Source: Seison nebaliae (Eukaryota). Taken from it: 46,316 bases of DNA. Made by a program: the position numbers and the translations under genes. A model generated the notes under the pieces. It ran no database searches and was not told where the DNA came from. It worked only from the letters and a program-made list of their open reading frames with translations. This document shows positions 1 to 10,376 of the stretch, in pieces (within the stretch, counting starts at the first letter, position 1; each line of letters begins with the position of its first letter). The stretch covers positions 1 to 46,316 of the forward strand of contig JALJEE010002989.1 in assembly GCA_023231475.1 (NCBI GenBank), written 5' to 3'.

Positions 1-65
1 TCGGACAACTCTTCGTCGTCCCCATCATCAGAATTATTAAACAATGTATTAATATCCATAGACAT
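1..65 (-). CDS. Probable 5' end of a gene running off the left edge (MSMDINTLFNNSDDGDDEELS...)
   Basis: ATG at 65 on the minus strand opens a frame to the window edge with acidic, coding-like composition. Too short to identify. Confidence 0.4.
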   Translation of the reverse strand, partial: MSMDINTLFNNSDDGDDEELS

Positions 66-78
66 ATTAAAAAAGAGA

Positions 79-122
79 TTTATATCTTCGAATTTATATC
101 TTCCAATTTATATCTTCCAATT
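79..122. repeat. 14-bp tandem repeat x3 (TTTATATCTTCSAA)
   Basis: tttatatcttcgaa / tttatatcttccaa / tttatatcttccaa read directly at 79-92, 93-106, 107-120. Confidence 0.9.
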
Positions 123-480
123 ATAAATTTAAATGCAATGCCACTAATATAATAATATTATTCGAGATTAAAACTTTTTTTTGAGCATAAAACGAAGTAG
201 ACAATTTGGGATATAATATTTAAATAACATTTTATTCAATTAAACAAAAAAAGGAAGCCAAAATTGTTGATTCTGAATAAAATATCTTTATTGTTCATTT
301 ACCATCTTCCTATTCACTAATGCACGTCCTTCGTTCGAACAAAAACATTGATAATTATTAAATAATTAGAACTAAATATTTATCATTAGGAATTATATTT
401 CTAAAGAAAAAATTCTTAACTAACTGTTTACATGATGGGTATAAAAAGAAAAAAAATCGATCAAGTTAAAACATTGGAAA

Positions 481-852
481 ATGGTCAAGTTACTTTTAGT
501 TATCATATACATCATTAGTTTGGCTGTTGGAAATTTTGCCACTCCAAGTTTTCATTTGTTGATGTTGATTTGTTTCTGTTACTAATTGGGTTTTGCAGAA
601 GTTTGCGAAAAATATCCTAAATTCGAAAAGAATGATAAAACAATACGAACAGGATTTATAATGATGTTTGAATCAGTGGAAGGCAAATATTTACCTGGAG
701 ATGGTAGCGTCTATAAATTTCACTGCGAACCCGGATACAAGTTTAAACAAACAGACGACGAATACATAAAATATGTCTGTAAAGGTGCCACCGAAGAATG
801 GACGTCTGATAGTGTTGGAACTGATCGTAGAATGGATTGTATTCCCGCTTAA
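481..852 (+). CDS. Small secreted single Sushi/CCP-domain protein (2 exons, intron 548-598)
   Basis: Exon 1 is a signal peptide (MVKLLLVIIYIISLAVG). A 51-nt GTT..CAG intron joins it in frame to C-x3-P...YKFHCEPGYKF...YVC...W...C, the 4-Cys+Trp Sushi pattern. Confidence 0.75.
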
Positions 853-1238
853 ACAACTGAAGATGTAAACAGGAATTAGCTTCAAAAAATTGATAGGATT
901 ATGATGAAATTATTCTGAAAAGATTAGAATCGATTGAACATCCATAATTCTTACCAACATATCTCCATAATTGTTTTTTTTCTCGATATAAATAATATAA
1001 AATAAATAGCTTTTCTTTTTTTTATTCAATGATATTAATAACATCTCAATTTTAATTTATCTTTACTGATATGAATAAAAAATGTTTTTTTATATAAAAA
1101 TTTTATGACGTATAATGTTGATAAATTTAAATATAATTTGAAATAATTCCAATTATAAACATCGTTTTTTATTTTCTGTATTTGTGTCTATTTTAAAGGT
1201 ATTAAGGTAGAGTAAAATTTTTATTCATAACAACTCTT

Positions 1239-2621
1239 TTAATCAACAATTATTTCATCATCAATCTTCGCTTTCTTAACATAGTTCTTCTTCTCCAGTT
1301 GTTCTTCGACCAAACCATCCACATTATATCGAAGTCGATGAAAGGCAGCAATTAATGATGAAGCTTGAACTTTCACATTTGTTCCACTTCTTAATCTTAA
1401 TCTACCGAAATGATCTCCAAGTATAAAAGATAATAAACTAACTCGAGTCGTGCTAAGTCGTCATATAATTGAATTTTTCCCACCTGAGGTAGAGAGACTA
1501 GAAGAGAAAGATGAAAGTGAATTTTTTCAAGATAATTCAAACGAGTTAATAATCGATCAGATAATTCTTGAACGATATCATATAATGAGAATGAATATTT
1601 ATTAATATATTCTTGAATTTCTAAAGATGGAATTGTAATGGAAATAATTCTAAAAATGAAACTGTTGACACCACAACGAAAATCATCATTAAGTAGTACA
1701 TGAAGCAAAAGTTTCATTTGTTGTTCATTCGGATAACATTTGGTGGAATAGATATCGTTCAATTTTATCTTTTTTTCACCAGAGAATGACAATGATAAAC
1801 TTTGGAGGATGTTCACTGCATGTCTCATATCTCCATGACTTAATTTAATGATGGCAGCAAAAGCTTTCTCCTCTATATTCACTTTCTCACATTTGCTTAT
1901 TTCCGCCAATTTCAATTTCATATGATCAGCCGGTAAAGGCGAAAATCTGAATTTCGTACATCGTGATTGAATGGCAGGAATAATTGAATTGATATAATTG
2001 CAGATAATGCAGAATCTTGCTGTCGCTGTATATTTCTCAATAACTTTTTTATCTCAAAAATGTTAGGGAAATGAACAAAAAACGAACTTCGTCTCAAGGC
2101 ATTTTGTGCGTCATTCGTCATACTATCCGCTTCATCTAAAATCACTAATTTCGTCTTCCCAAATAAGTTTTTGGTTGATACGAAATCTTGAATTGTTTGC
2201 CGAACGACATTTATACCACGATCGTCACTGGCATTCAACTAATTCATCAGTATTTTGAATATGTATAATTTAAATTATGAATTTAAATGACACTGACTTC
2301 TAAAACACAACTCCTAAATTCTTGTGATGTGTACATGCGTTTTGTGATGGCTAATATACAACTCGTTTTCCCACAACCAGCCGGTCCATGAAACAAAAGA
2401 TGTGGCAATCGTTTTCCTTCCAAATATTTTTCAACTTTTTTTTTGAAATTTTTGATTTTATTCTAATTAGTCAATTTTAACTCGTATGAATGATGTCCTT
2501 ATGACTCGCCATTTCTTCGAACGTTTCCGGGCGATACTTCTCGATCCTTTATACATCAATTAGAGAAAGTGATGGAAAGAAGAAGAAAAAGAGTAAACCA
2601 GGGTAATTCATTCTTTGGCAT
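1239..2621 (-). CDS. RFC5: Replication factor C subunit 5 (36 kDa clamp-loader subunit), 8 exons
   Basis: Spliced product has PWIEKYRP, Walker [27 protein letters not shown], Walker [26 protein letters not shown] and C-terminal [16 protein letters not shown]. Seven 41-59 nt GT-AG introns restore the frame. Confidence 0.95.
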
Positions 2622-5036
2622 TGTCTGATGAAATCGGAAATAATTTTTGACGAATATTAATAATATACGAGGAAATTAGGGAATTGAAAGAATCAGGAAG
2701 GAAATAAAATCAATTAACTTCTCCCCGAACGAACTTTTGTGACAAACAACCAATTTATAAGTTCTATATAAAAATTATTTATTTTGGCTTATAATTATGA
2801 AAAAAGCAACTTATCATTACTGTTTCTTTGAATTATAATTTTCCCACCGAATTGCCTCAACCACCTTTTATCAACTTTATTATACATCTTCCATTTCGTC
2901 AATCAATTCAAACAGATTTCATTTTGTTTCCTAAAATCATTAATTTATTTCGTTCAATAATTTTTTTCCGTTTTGCGAACAATCATTTTTTAAATATGTT
3001 CAGCATGACGTCAACTTTGTGTTCGATAAACTTGTTTAACATTTTTCCAGGTACAAGTGTTTTAGAAGTTCTACAAAAGAAGTTTTGTTAGAAGAACGAT
3101 TATTTGAAATTGTGTGATGACGGAAGTTGGATATGAGTCGAAATGTGTGAGGCATTTTAGTTTGAAAAAAGTGTTGAATAGTTTTCATTTGAACTGAATG
3201 TTTATTCGGTTAGACATTCTTGCATTATGCACTACATTAATATTAGTTTAAATGGACAGAAAAAAACGAATTTCTTGTCGTATTGACAAGCAATTTAGGA
3301 TTTGGTAGAATATCATTTTAATGATGATAGTAATAATAGTAGTTGTCATATTAGTTTATTGGATAAGAAAAAGAAAACAGTCATCTTAATTTGACGATTT
3401 GAAGAAAGAGGAAAGAATAAAAGAAAGAAAGATAAGATAAGTCGAAAATTGACAGTTATTTTATGATAATTAATTTTATTTCTTTCTTTCAACGAAAGCA
3501 CTCGGAATAGTCGTGGGTCATGACATTTATCGTTTTGGCCAAATACTAATCATAAGAATACGAACATTAGAAATAATATCACAGCACACTTATAATATTA
3601 CATATTCATGTCAATAATGATGAAACATGATAATAATAGTAAGAAATGAGAGAAGAAAACAAGGAAAACATTTTTTTTTTCTTTCTTTCAAATATGACGA
3701 CCTTCTGTTCTTTCATCTATTTGTGCACAAATTGGAAAATCAGATTATTTGTAGATTTATACGTAATATATCATCATCGACCTCCTCTACCAAATGGGGG
3801 GAATTTATTTAACTATTCACTTAATTCGTCTCGTTTTGTTCATTCAATTTCGACTTTAACTAAAAATAATCGCCTAATGTTTTAGTTGAGTTTCACAATT
3901 AGAAATTACTGGGTCATTCTCCAAACTCATTCGTGCACTTTTGACGAAAGTTCAAATTGGAAATACCTTTTTTTCCCCATCTCTCTCCTCTTTTGTAATC
4001 TGATAAGTTGTAGATAAATATTAATTATGCCACATAATTATGAATTTCTTCTCCATATTATGCCTAACCCGATGAATGGGATTATTTAATAGAATGAAAA
4101 AATTTTATTAGGAGGAATCGTTATTTAATTCCCTTAATATTAATTAGGGGAATTAGTGATTGAATCAGGACTTCCTTCTATTGCTCTCCTCTTATTCTCC
4201 TTTCATCATCATAAGCACAACATCTATGTATACAATCTATTTAATTTTCGTGAGGAATCTCCTTTGAAAACGAATCTCGTACAAGTACCTCCTCATAGGA
4301 ATGTCCAAATAAATCGTGTGTTCCCTCCAAATTAGATACATGAAATCTCTATTTCTTCAGCTAATTCAATCAGAAAATAGATTTCCGTTCAAATGATATT
4401 TCAAAAGTGCTATAAGCATTCTATTCAGGATGTTCCCAACATATTAAGATTAGGTGCTAAGACTTAATTCTCTTCTTTCAAACGAGACGACTGAACTTCA
4501 TAATCAGAATTGCCAATACATAATATTTGATATTGAATTGCATGAATGTATGTGATATATATGTGAGTGTAGTAGAAGATTAGAAGGAGAAATTATATGT
4601 TATACTCACCAATTACAGGAGATATATAGAGTGATTGGATAATGAAAGTTAATGACGGAAAAAAAAGGAAGTTTCTGGATAAACATGTTACACAATTCCT
4701 TATCTTTCCTTTAACTTTTCATTGGTATAATTTATCAATATTTCCCATATACGATGATTTTCGTTGATATGATATGCTCATACCATTATATCATGCATTC
4801 ATTGGGTGAATGCAGGTGAGAGATGTTCTACAGAGGAAAAAAGTAACTAATAATAATATTCGATGATTGACAAGAAGAAGAATAAATAATCTTTCAATAA
4901 AAAATTTATTTATTCAACTTCTTCCTCCCTTACATCTTTCCTCTTTTTATTGATTAGATAGAACGAAAGTGTTGTTTTAATGGAATTATTCAGTTGATTG
5001 TGCAATGTTTGACAAGTATCAATCGTCATTACCAAA

Positions 5037-5589
5037 ATGAAATTTCTCATTTTTTCCGTTCTATTCCTCGTCTTTCTTACCATTTCTCAAATCAGTTATT
5101 CTTCTTTCAATTGAATTCCATCATCATCATCATCATCATCATTTCCATTATAGAATGCATCGATTGTTTCGTTTGTACTTCCGTTAATCGATCAGATGCT
5201 TCTTGTGAAGATCCATTCCATCCATATCAATCCAATTATATCGTCAATTGCAAACAAGGCAAAGTGGTCCACATCGGTGTATTTCCTGCGTATTATTGTG
5301 TGAAAATTGCAGGTAAAAGAAGTTCTTATTTCAATTCTCATAAAAATTTCAATAAAACTTCCGTTTTTCAGAAAGCGATGGACAATCGTTATTTGTTAGA
5401 CTATGCACAATGGAGAGTATGAACAGACAATGTGGAGAATTTGTTTTTCAAAACGAATCCTATCGTGGATGTATCGTTACTTGCGATAGAAACGGTTGTA
5501 ATCATTCAAATTCATTGAAATCAAATAATCCTTTATTTTTTTTATTTATTTGTATATTATCTTTCTTTTATCATCATCATTTCTTTTAA
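5037..5589 (+). CDS. Quiver/sleepless-family (Ly6/uPAR three-finger) GPI-anchored protein, 3 exons
   Basis: Signal peptide MKFLIFSVLFLVFL, then IDCFVCTS...CEDPF...C...YCVKI...VRLC...QCG...GCIVTCDRNGCN and a hydrophobic C-terminal tail. Introns 5095-5153 and about 5322-5371. Confidence 0.85.
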
Positions 5590-6180
5590 CTTCTCTTACT
5601 TAATTAATGGTTATTTAAAAAGTATAAAACTTCAACAATTTCACTTTAAAATATTTTTTAAAAACTTTTAACCGAATTATTATTATATTTACACTAATAA
5701 CAAAAAAATAGTGTTATTGCTAGCGTAAGCTTTATGGACAAGCTTAGAATCTAAAAATACAAAAATATTTAAAATCTTGTTGTTCGCAAAATTTAGTTTT
5801 TATTCGAAAATTTCTTATTCTAATTTTTTTACAACAACAGTTAATTTTGTAGAAACGTGAAGTTCGGAATTCCTAAAGTTTGTATCTTTAATAAGTTTTT
5901 CACTTCGTTCACTTCGAACATAATTTATTTTGAAATTCGTTTTAATATTTCTCTTGCATTCTAGGTATCTACTTGATTCATTAATTCCACATAATGGATC
6001 GAGTTCGTTCCGAATGCTAAATCGTAAAACATTTGAAATCAGAAGAAATTGTTTATCTAAATAATTTGTCTGAATTTCGAACATTTTTTCTCTTAAAAAC
6101 TTTTTTCAATCATTTTCATTCTACTTAAAAATTTTTCATTTTCTTAAATCTATTTTATCTGAATCTTATTAGAACAAAAA

Positions 6181-7143
6181 ATGGGTGCGTACAAGTTTCA
6201 AAATGAATTGATGAAGAACAAACAATCTGATGTCATCAGATATCTCCAACGATTGAGAACATGGCAATACCGTCAAATGAACACTGTTCATCGTGTCACA
6301 CGACCAACTCGACCAGAGAAGGCTCGTCGATTGGGATATCGAGCAAAGCAAGGATATATCATTTATCGAACTCGAATCAAGCGTGGTACCGCCAAAAAAC
6401 CAGTACCGAAAGGAGCGACTTATGGTAAACCGAAACACGAAGGTGTCGTTCAAATGAGAGCAGCTCGTCGTCTTCAATCAGTTGCAGAAGTTAGAAGAAT
6501 ATTCATTTGAAAATGAATTGTCAAATTTTTTGGCAATTTCGAAAAAATCAACAGCTCGCCGCTGAATCCTTTGAGAAATCTAATGGGAATTGTAGCGTTT
6601 GAGATGACTGAAATTTCTTCTTTCATCGAATGAGTAAGTTTTGTCATTGGACAAACTGAGAGGATCAAAAAAAAAATTTAATTAAAAAAATTTTTTTTTT
6701 GGTTCTTATTTGGCTGTTGTCAAATGAATCGTATTAATTCTAGTGATTACTATAGGGAACTAAAGATAAATTTTTTTTCTTCCAAACGTTTTAGGAGAGA
6801 GTAGGTCGAAAATGTAAATCATTGAGAGTTCTCAACTCTTATTGGGTAGGACAAGATGGAACGTTCAAATATTATGAAGTTTTTCATTTTTTCTTCAGTG
6901 AAACTTTTATATTCTTTTCAGGTAATTCTCATCGATCCTTCACATCCTGCTATTCGTAAAGATCCTAAAATCAACTGGGTCTGCGATTCGACAATGAAAC
7001 ATAGAGAAATGAGAGGATTAACATCGGCTGGTAAGAAGAGTCGAGGTATCGGTAAAGGACACGGTTATTCGAAGACGATTGGTGGTTCTCGACATGCCGC
7101 ATGGAAACGAAACCAACTTGTACAAATGAGAAGGAAACGATAA
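6181..7143 (+). CDS. RPL15: 60S ribosomal protein L15 (eL15); exons 6181-6489, 6795-6878, 6922-7143
   Basis: MGAYKF...[18 protein letters not shown]...VAEERVGRKC...[12 protein letters not shown]...VILIDP...[17 protein letters not shown]. Spliced length is 615 nt = 204 aa, the canonical eL15 length. Confidence 0.98.
6490..6794 (+). promoter_or_regulatory. Structured intronic RNA element in RPL15 with internal consensus donor (GTAAGT 6634-6639)
   Basis: Nested complementary segments: 6501-6510/6720-6729 (10 bp perfect), 6549-6555/6713-6719, and hairpins 6517-6539, 6597-6656 and 6661-6706. The intron is about six times the typical local length. Confidence 0.6.
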
Positions 7144-7297
7144 ACAATAGATATTTTCGTTTATTTTCCGTCTTTTTAATTATAAGAATAAAATTTAAAA
7201 ATCGTAATTATTTTGAGAAATAACAACAAATGTTGATTGAAAATAATTTACAAATATTTTTTTTTCTTTAATTCAACAAGATTTCAATGTTGAGGTT

Positions 7298-8593
7298 TTA
7301 AGTTCTTGTTGAATAAGTTTGATTTGTTATTCGACTGTTCCGTGTCTTTGGTCGATATGATGGTAATTGAGAGGAGGCTGATTGTTGAGAGTTATTGGAA
7401 GAAGATGTTTGATCGTATCGATGTCCCATATGATCATAGGAATTCGATTTGAATTTCTCTTCATTTGCCAATATCGAATGAAGATCAACATTAGCACGTT
7501 GTAGACTGTGAAGTGATGTTGTTTGTTGATTATCGAAAATTTGGGAATTATTCAAAAAATTTATTGGTCGATCAATATTCAAGCCGTTTGCTGTTGCACC
7601 ATTTATTTTTGGTAATGATGTTACTGATGATTTACTATTACTTTGTAATTGTTGTTGTTGTTGTTGAGTGTAATTGTAATTATAAGATTGATCATTTCCG
7701 TTAACGGTCGAACGAGGAGAAATCATATTCTGATTATGATGATTAGGAATTGCTATGTAATTATTTTGTGCTTGATTCATGGATGTCATTGATTGATTGA
7801 AATGTGAATGATTATCAGCAATTGATACATGTTCCGACGTTCCTATAGATAAATCATCAAATTTATTCTTTGTTTTTTGATAAGGTAATGCATGTAATTG
7901 TTGTTGTTGTTGTTGTTGTTGGTAATAGAAATTATTATTTGAATTTTCTTCATTATATTTCTCATATAATCGACTGCTTAATGGAAGGATATGTTCAGAT
8001 ATTTCACTTCGATCAACTCTCACAGGCATATCTAATTTTTCACGAGCGATTTCTTTTTCCTGATATATCTGATATTGGAATTGAGATAATGGATCAGAAT
8101 AATGATCATTATATGATGTAGAGAAATCCATTTTATATTTATCATTAATAATTCTCATAGGGATTTTCGTGGCGTTGATTGGAGGTAATGTTTCATGGAA
8201 ATTATTCCGTCTTGCGTATTGACTAGTCTTGTAGAGATCGTTGACATTCACCGATTCCATATTTGATGGCATTGCAGATCTATTGTTACTTCGACGACTG
8301 GAACGTTTGAGCATTCGAGATGAGCCTAATTGATTGCCACTGAAGACTTTGGATGAAGTTAATGAGCTATTGAAATTTCCGTTATGTTTGATGTTATTTT
8401 TCTTTCTCACTGTGTGATTGTTCAATTTGTTCGATTTGAATTCATGCTTTCCATATTTCATTTGTTTCGGACTTCGTCCTTCCTCCATAAACACAACATT
8501 ATTTATCGCTCGTTTCTCCACTTCCACACTCACATCGTTCGGATACATAATCTTACTCTCGACATTCTTCACTTTCGTCTTATTCTTGCTCAT
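7298..8593 (-). CDS. Uncharacterised N/Q/S-rich low-complexity protein (431 aa)
   Basis: 1.3-kb uninterrupted ORF in an AT-rich background. Probable 5'UTR intron 8644-8858 (GTAAGT...TAG on minus). No recognisable domain. Confidence 0.7.
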   Translation of the reverse strand: MSKNKTKVKNVESKIMYPNDVSVEVEKRAINNVVFMEEGRSPKQMKYGKHEFKSNKLNNHTVRKKNNIKHNGNFNSSLTSSKVFSGNQLGSSRMLKRSSRRSNNRSAMPSNMESVNVNDLYKTSQYARRNNFHETLPPINATKIPMRIINDKYKMDFSTSYNDHYSDPLSQFQYQIYQEKEIAREKLDMPVRVDRSEISEHILPLSSRLYEKYNEENSNNNFYYQQQQQQQQLHALPYQKTKNKFDDLSIGTSEHVSIADNHSHFNQSMTSMNQAQNNYIAIPNHHNQNMISPRSTVNGNDQSYNYNYTQQQQQQLQSNSKSSVTSLPKINGATANGLNIDRPINFLNNSQIFDNQQTTSLHSLQRANVDLHSILANEEKFKSNSYDHMGHRYDQTSSSNNSQQSASSQLPSYRPKTRNSRITNQTYSTRT

Positions 8594-9117
8594 TCTCCAC
8601 TTTCAAATTCTTCTGTCCGTTTCCAATGGAATATCTTCTGTTACTAATTGAAGAATAGTGGGTTTTAGGAGGAACAAGTCGAATGTATATTTATCTAATA
8701 ATATCATGTAAATAATCAGATAATATTCGTATCATGCAAATCATAGAAGGAAAAGAATAGAAAACAAAAAAAAACAACATTCGATATTTTCTATCCAAAC
8801 TATCGCTAGTTGAACTCTAGCTCGAAAAATATCATTCCTCTTTACGACTTATACTTACGACGACATCGTTATAGCAACGACAGAAAAAAAACTTTTCTTC
8901 TCATCATTCTCATCAGCAATTTCACCTTGTTATTCCTTTTTTTTTTAAATTTTTATTTCACTAAGAAAACTTCTTCTACACACCTTTTCCATCTAATCTT
9001 AATTTCACAACATGCTGATAATGTTCGATTTGATGATGTTGATAAAAATGATGATGAAATGTCAACGAGTTGAATATTAATCATTTCTCTTCTTCTACCA
9101 AAAGATAAATCGTTTTA

Positions 9118-10350
9118 ATGTTAGCTGTTCATCGTAATATTCGATCTGGTCATCGTCACTTGAATATTGATGACTTGTTAAATTTGGAACGATTTAGAAA
9201 ATCTGTTTTACTTTTACGTTCCAATGACGTCTTCACCAATTTGGCGATGGAACATTTACTATTCTCACGATTGTATAAAGCAAGACGGAAATTGAATGGA
9301 AGAGTAGAAACGAAGAGATTAAGTAAGAAAATATTATTATTATATGTCAATCGACCGTGCATCGTCATTGGTCGTCATCAAAACATTTGGCGAGAAATTA
9401 AGACGGAAACAATCGAAAATAAATCTCTTCCAATTGTTCGACGACATAGTGGTGGCGGAACAGTCTATCATGATGAAGGTAACAAATTTTTCTCTTCTAT
9501 AATACTAAATATTTACATTTATCTCTTCCACTACCCTCTGTCATTCCAATGAGAAAGTTCCATTATTTGAGTGGGAAATTATCATAAATATTTTTTTAAC
9601 TTCCTCCTTAATCTCTCCACCTTTTCATCAGGTAATTTATGTCTCTCATTTTTGGGTTTGAGAGAAGATTTGAATCGAAAGGAGAATTGTCAATTTCTCC
9701 AGAAACTTATACGGAAACAAATCGGTTACGAGACGGTGATTGGAGAACGACATGATATTTTCGATAGGAAAAGAAATAAGTTATCTGGGAGTGCTGCTAA
9801 AATAAATAGATTAGTTGCATATCATCATTTGACGTTGTTGATTAATTCGTCATTAAGTCGAATGATGTCCTATTTACATTCGAATTTAGAGTTTGTTGCT
9901 GATCGATCTACAAGAAGTATTGCGTCTCCAGTAACAACATTAAGTTGTTTGAATAAATATGAAGATGGGATGAATCGCCTACACCCTGACGATATGATTT
10001 GTACGATACTTCGTATTTTCTTTTCAACTTCTCCTTATAACAAAACTGCCAATCTGCTACATGATAATCGTAGTACATTCGTGTTGTGTAATGAGGAGGA
10101 GAAAACATTTGATTGCTTTCTTAACGAGAATGACAGAAGAGAGTTGGAAGAGAACATTCTCCTACTGAAACAATCCGTCTACTCTGCTAATCCACTCTTC
10201 ACAATACAACGAACGTTCAAAGGCGAACAGATTTTATGTTCCGTGAAAAATGGTCGAATTGTCGAAATAACAAATATGAAAAAAGAACTTTTATTGAATA
10301 CAAATGTGGAAAATAAAGAATTTCAACTAAATTTATTTGAGGAGAATTAA
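9118..10350 (+). CDS. LIPT1: Mitochondrial lipoyltransferase 1 / lipoate-protein ligase A family (intron 9479-9631)
   Basis: NLAMEHLL, PCIVIGRHQNIWRE, RRHSGGGTVYHDEGNL (across the intron), KLSGSAAK, HHLTLL, TRSIASPV. Confidence 0.92.
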
Positions 10351-10376
10351 ATATTTTTCTTATTCTTAAATTCCCT

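Noticed and set aside
79..122. Short repeats here (and at 40366-40458) considered as a CRISPR-like array
   Set aside because: Eukaryotic context, no unique spacers of regular length and no cas genes. They are a simple tandem repeat and MITE sub-terminal repeats.
3006..3013. Perfect CRE palindrome TGACGTCA upstream of RFC5
   Set aside because: A single 8-mer has a high chance occurrence in 46 kb and there is no supporting evidence.
3044..3160. Sushi-like pseudo-exon (..CDDGSWI*VEMC..)
   Set aside because: Two stops and too little similarity to distinguish it from chance.
6597..6660. Box C/D snoRNA or U3 in the RPL15 intron
   Set aside because: CTGA is present but there is no proper RTGATGA box C or U3 box A/B. 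A cis-acting structure fits better, though an Rfam search is still needed.
8851..8862. ATACTTACG resembling the U1 snRNA 5' end
   Set aside because: No U1 stem-loops or Sm site follow. It is better explained as the reverse complement of a GTAAGTAT splice donor.
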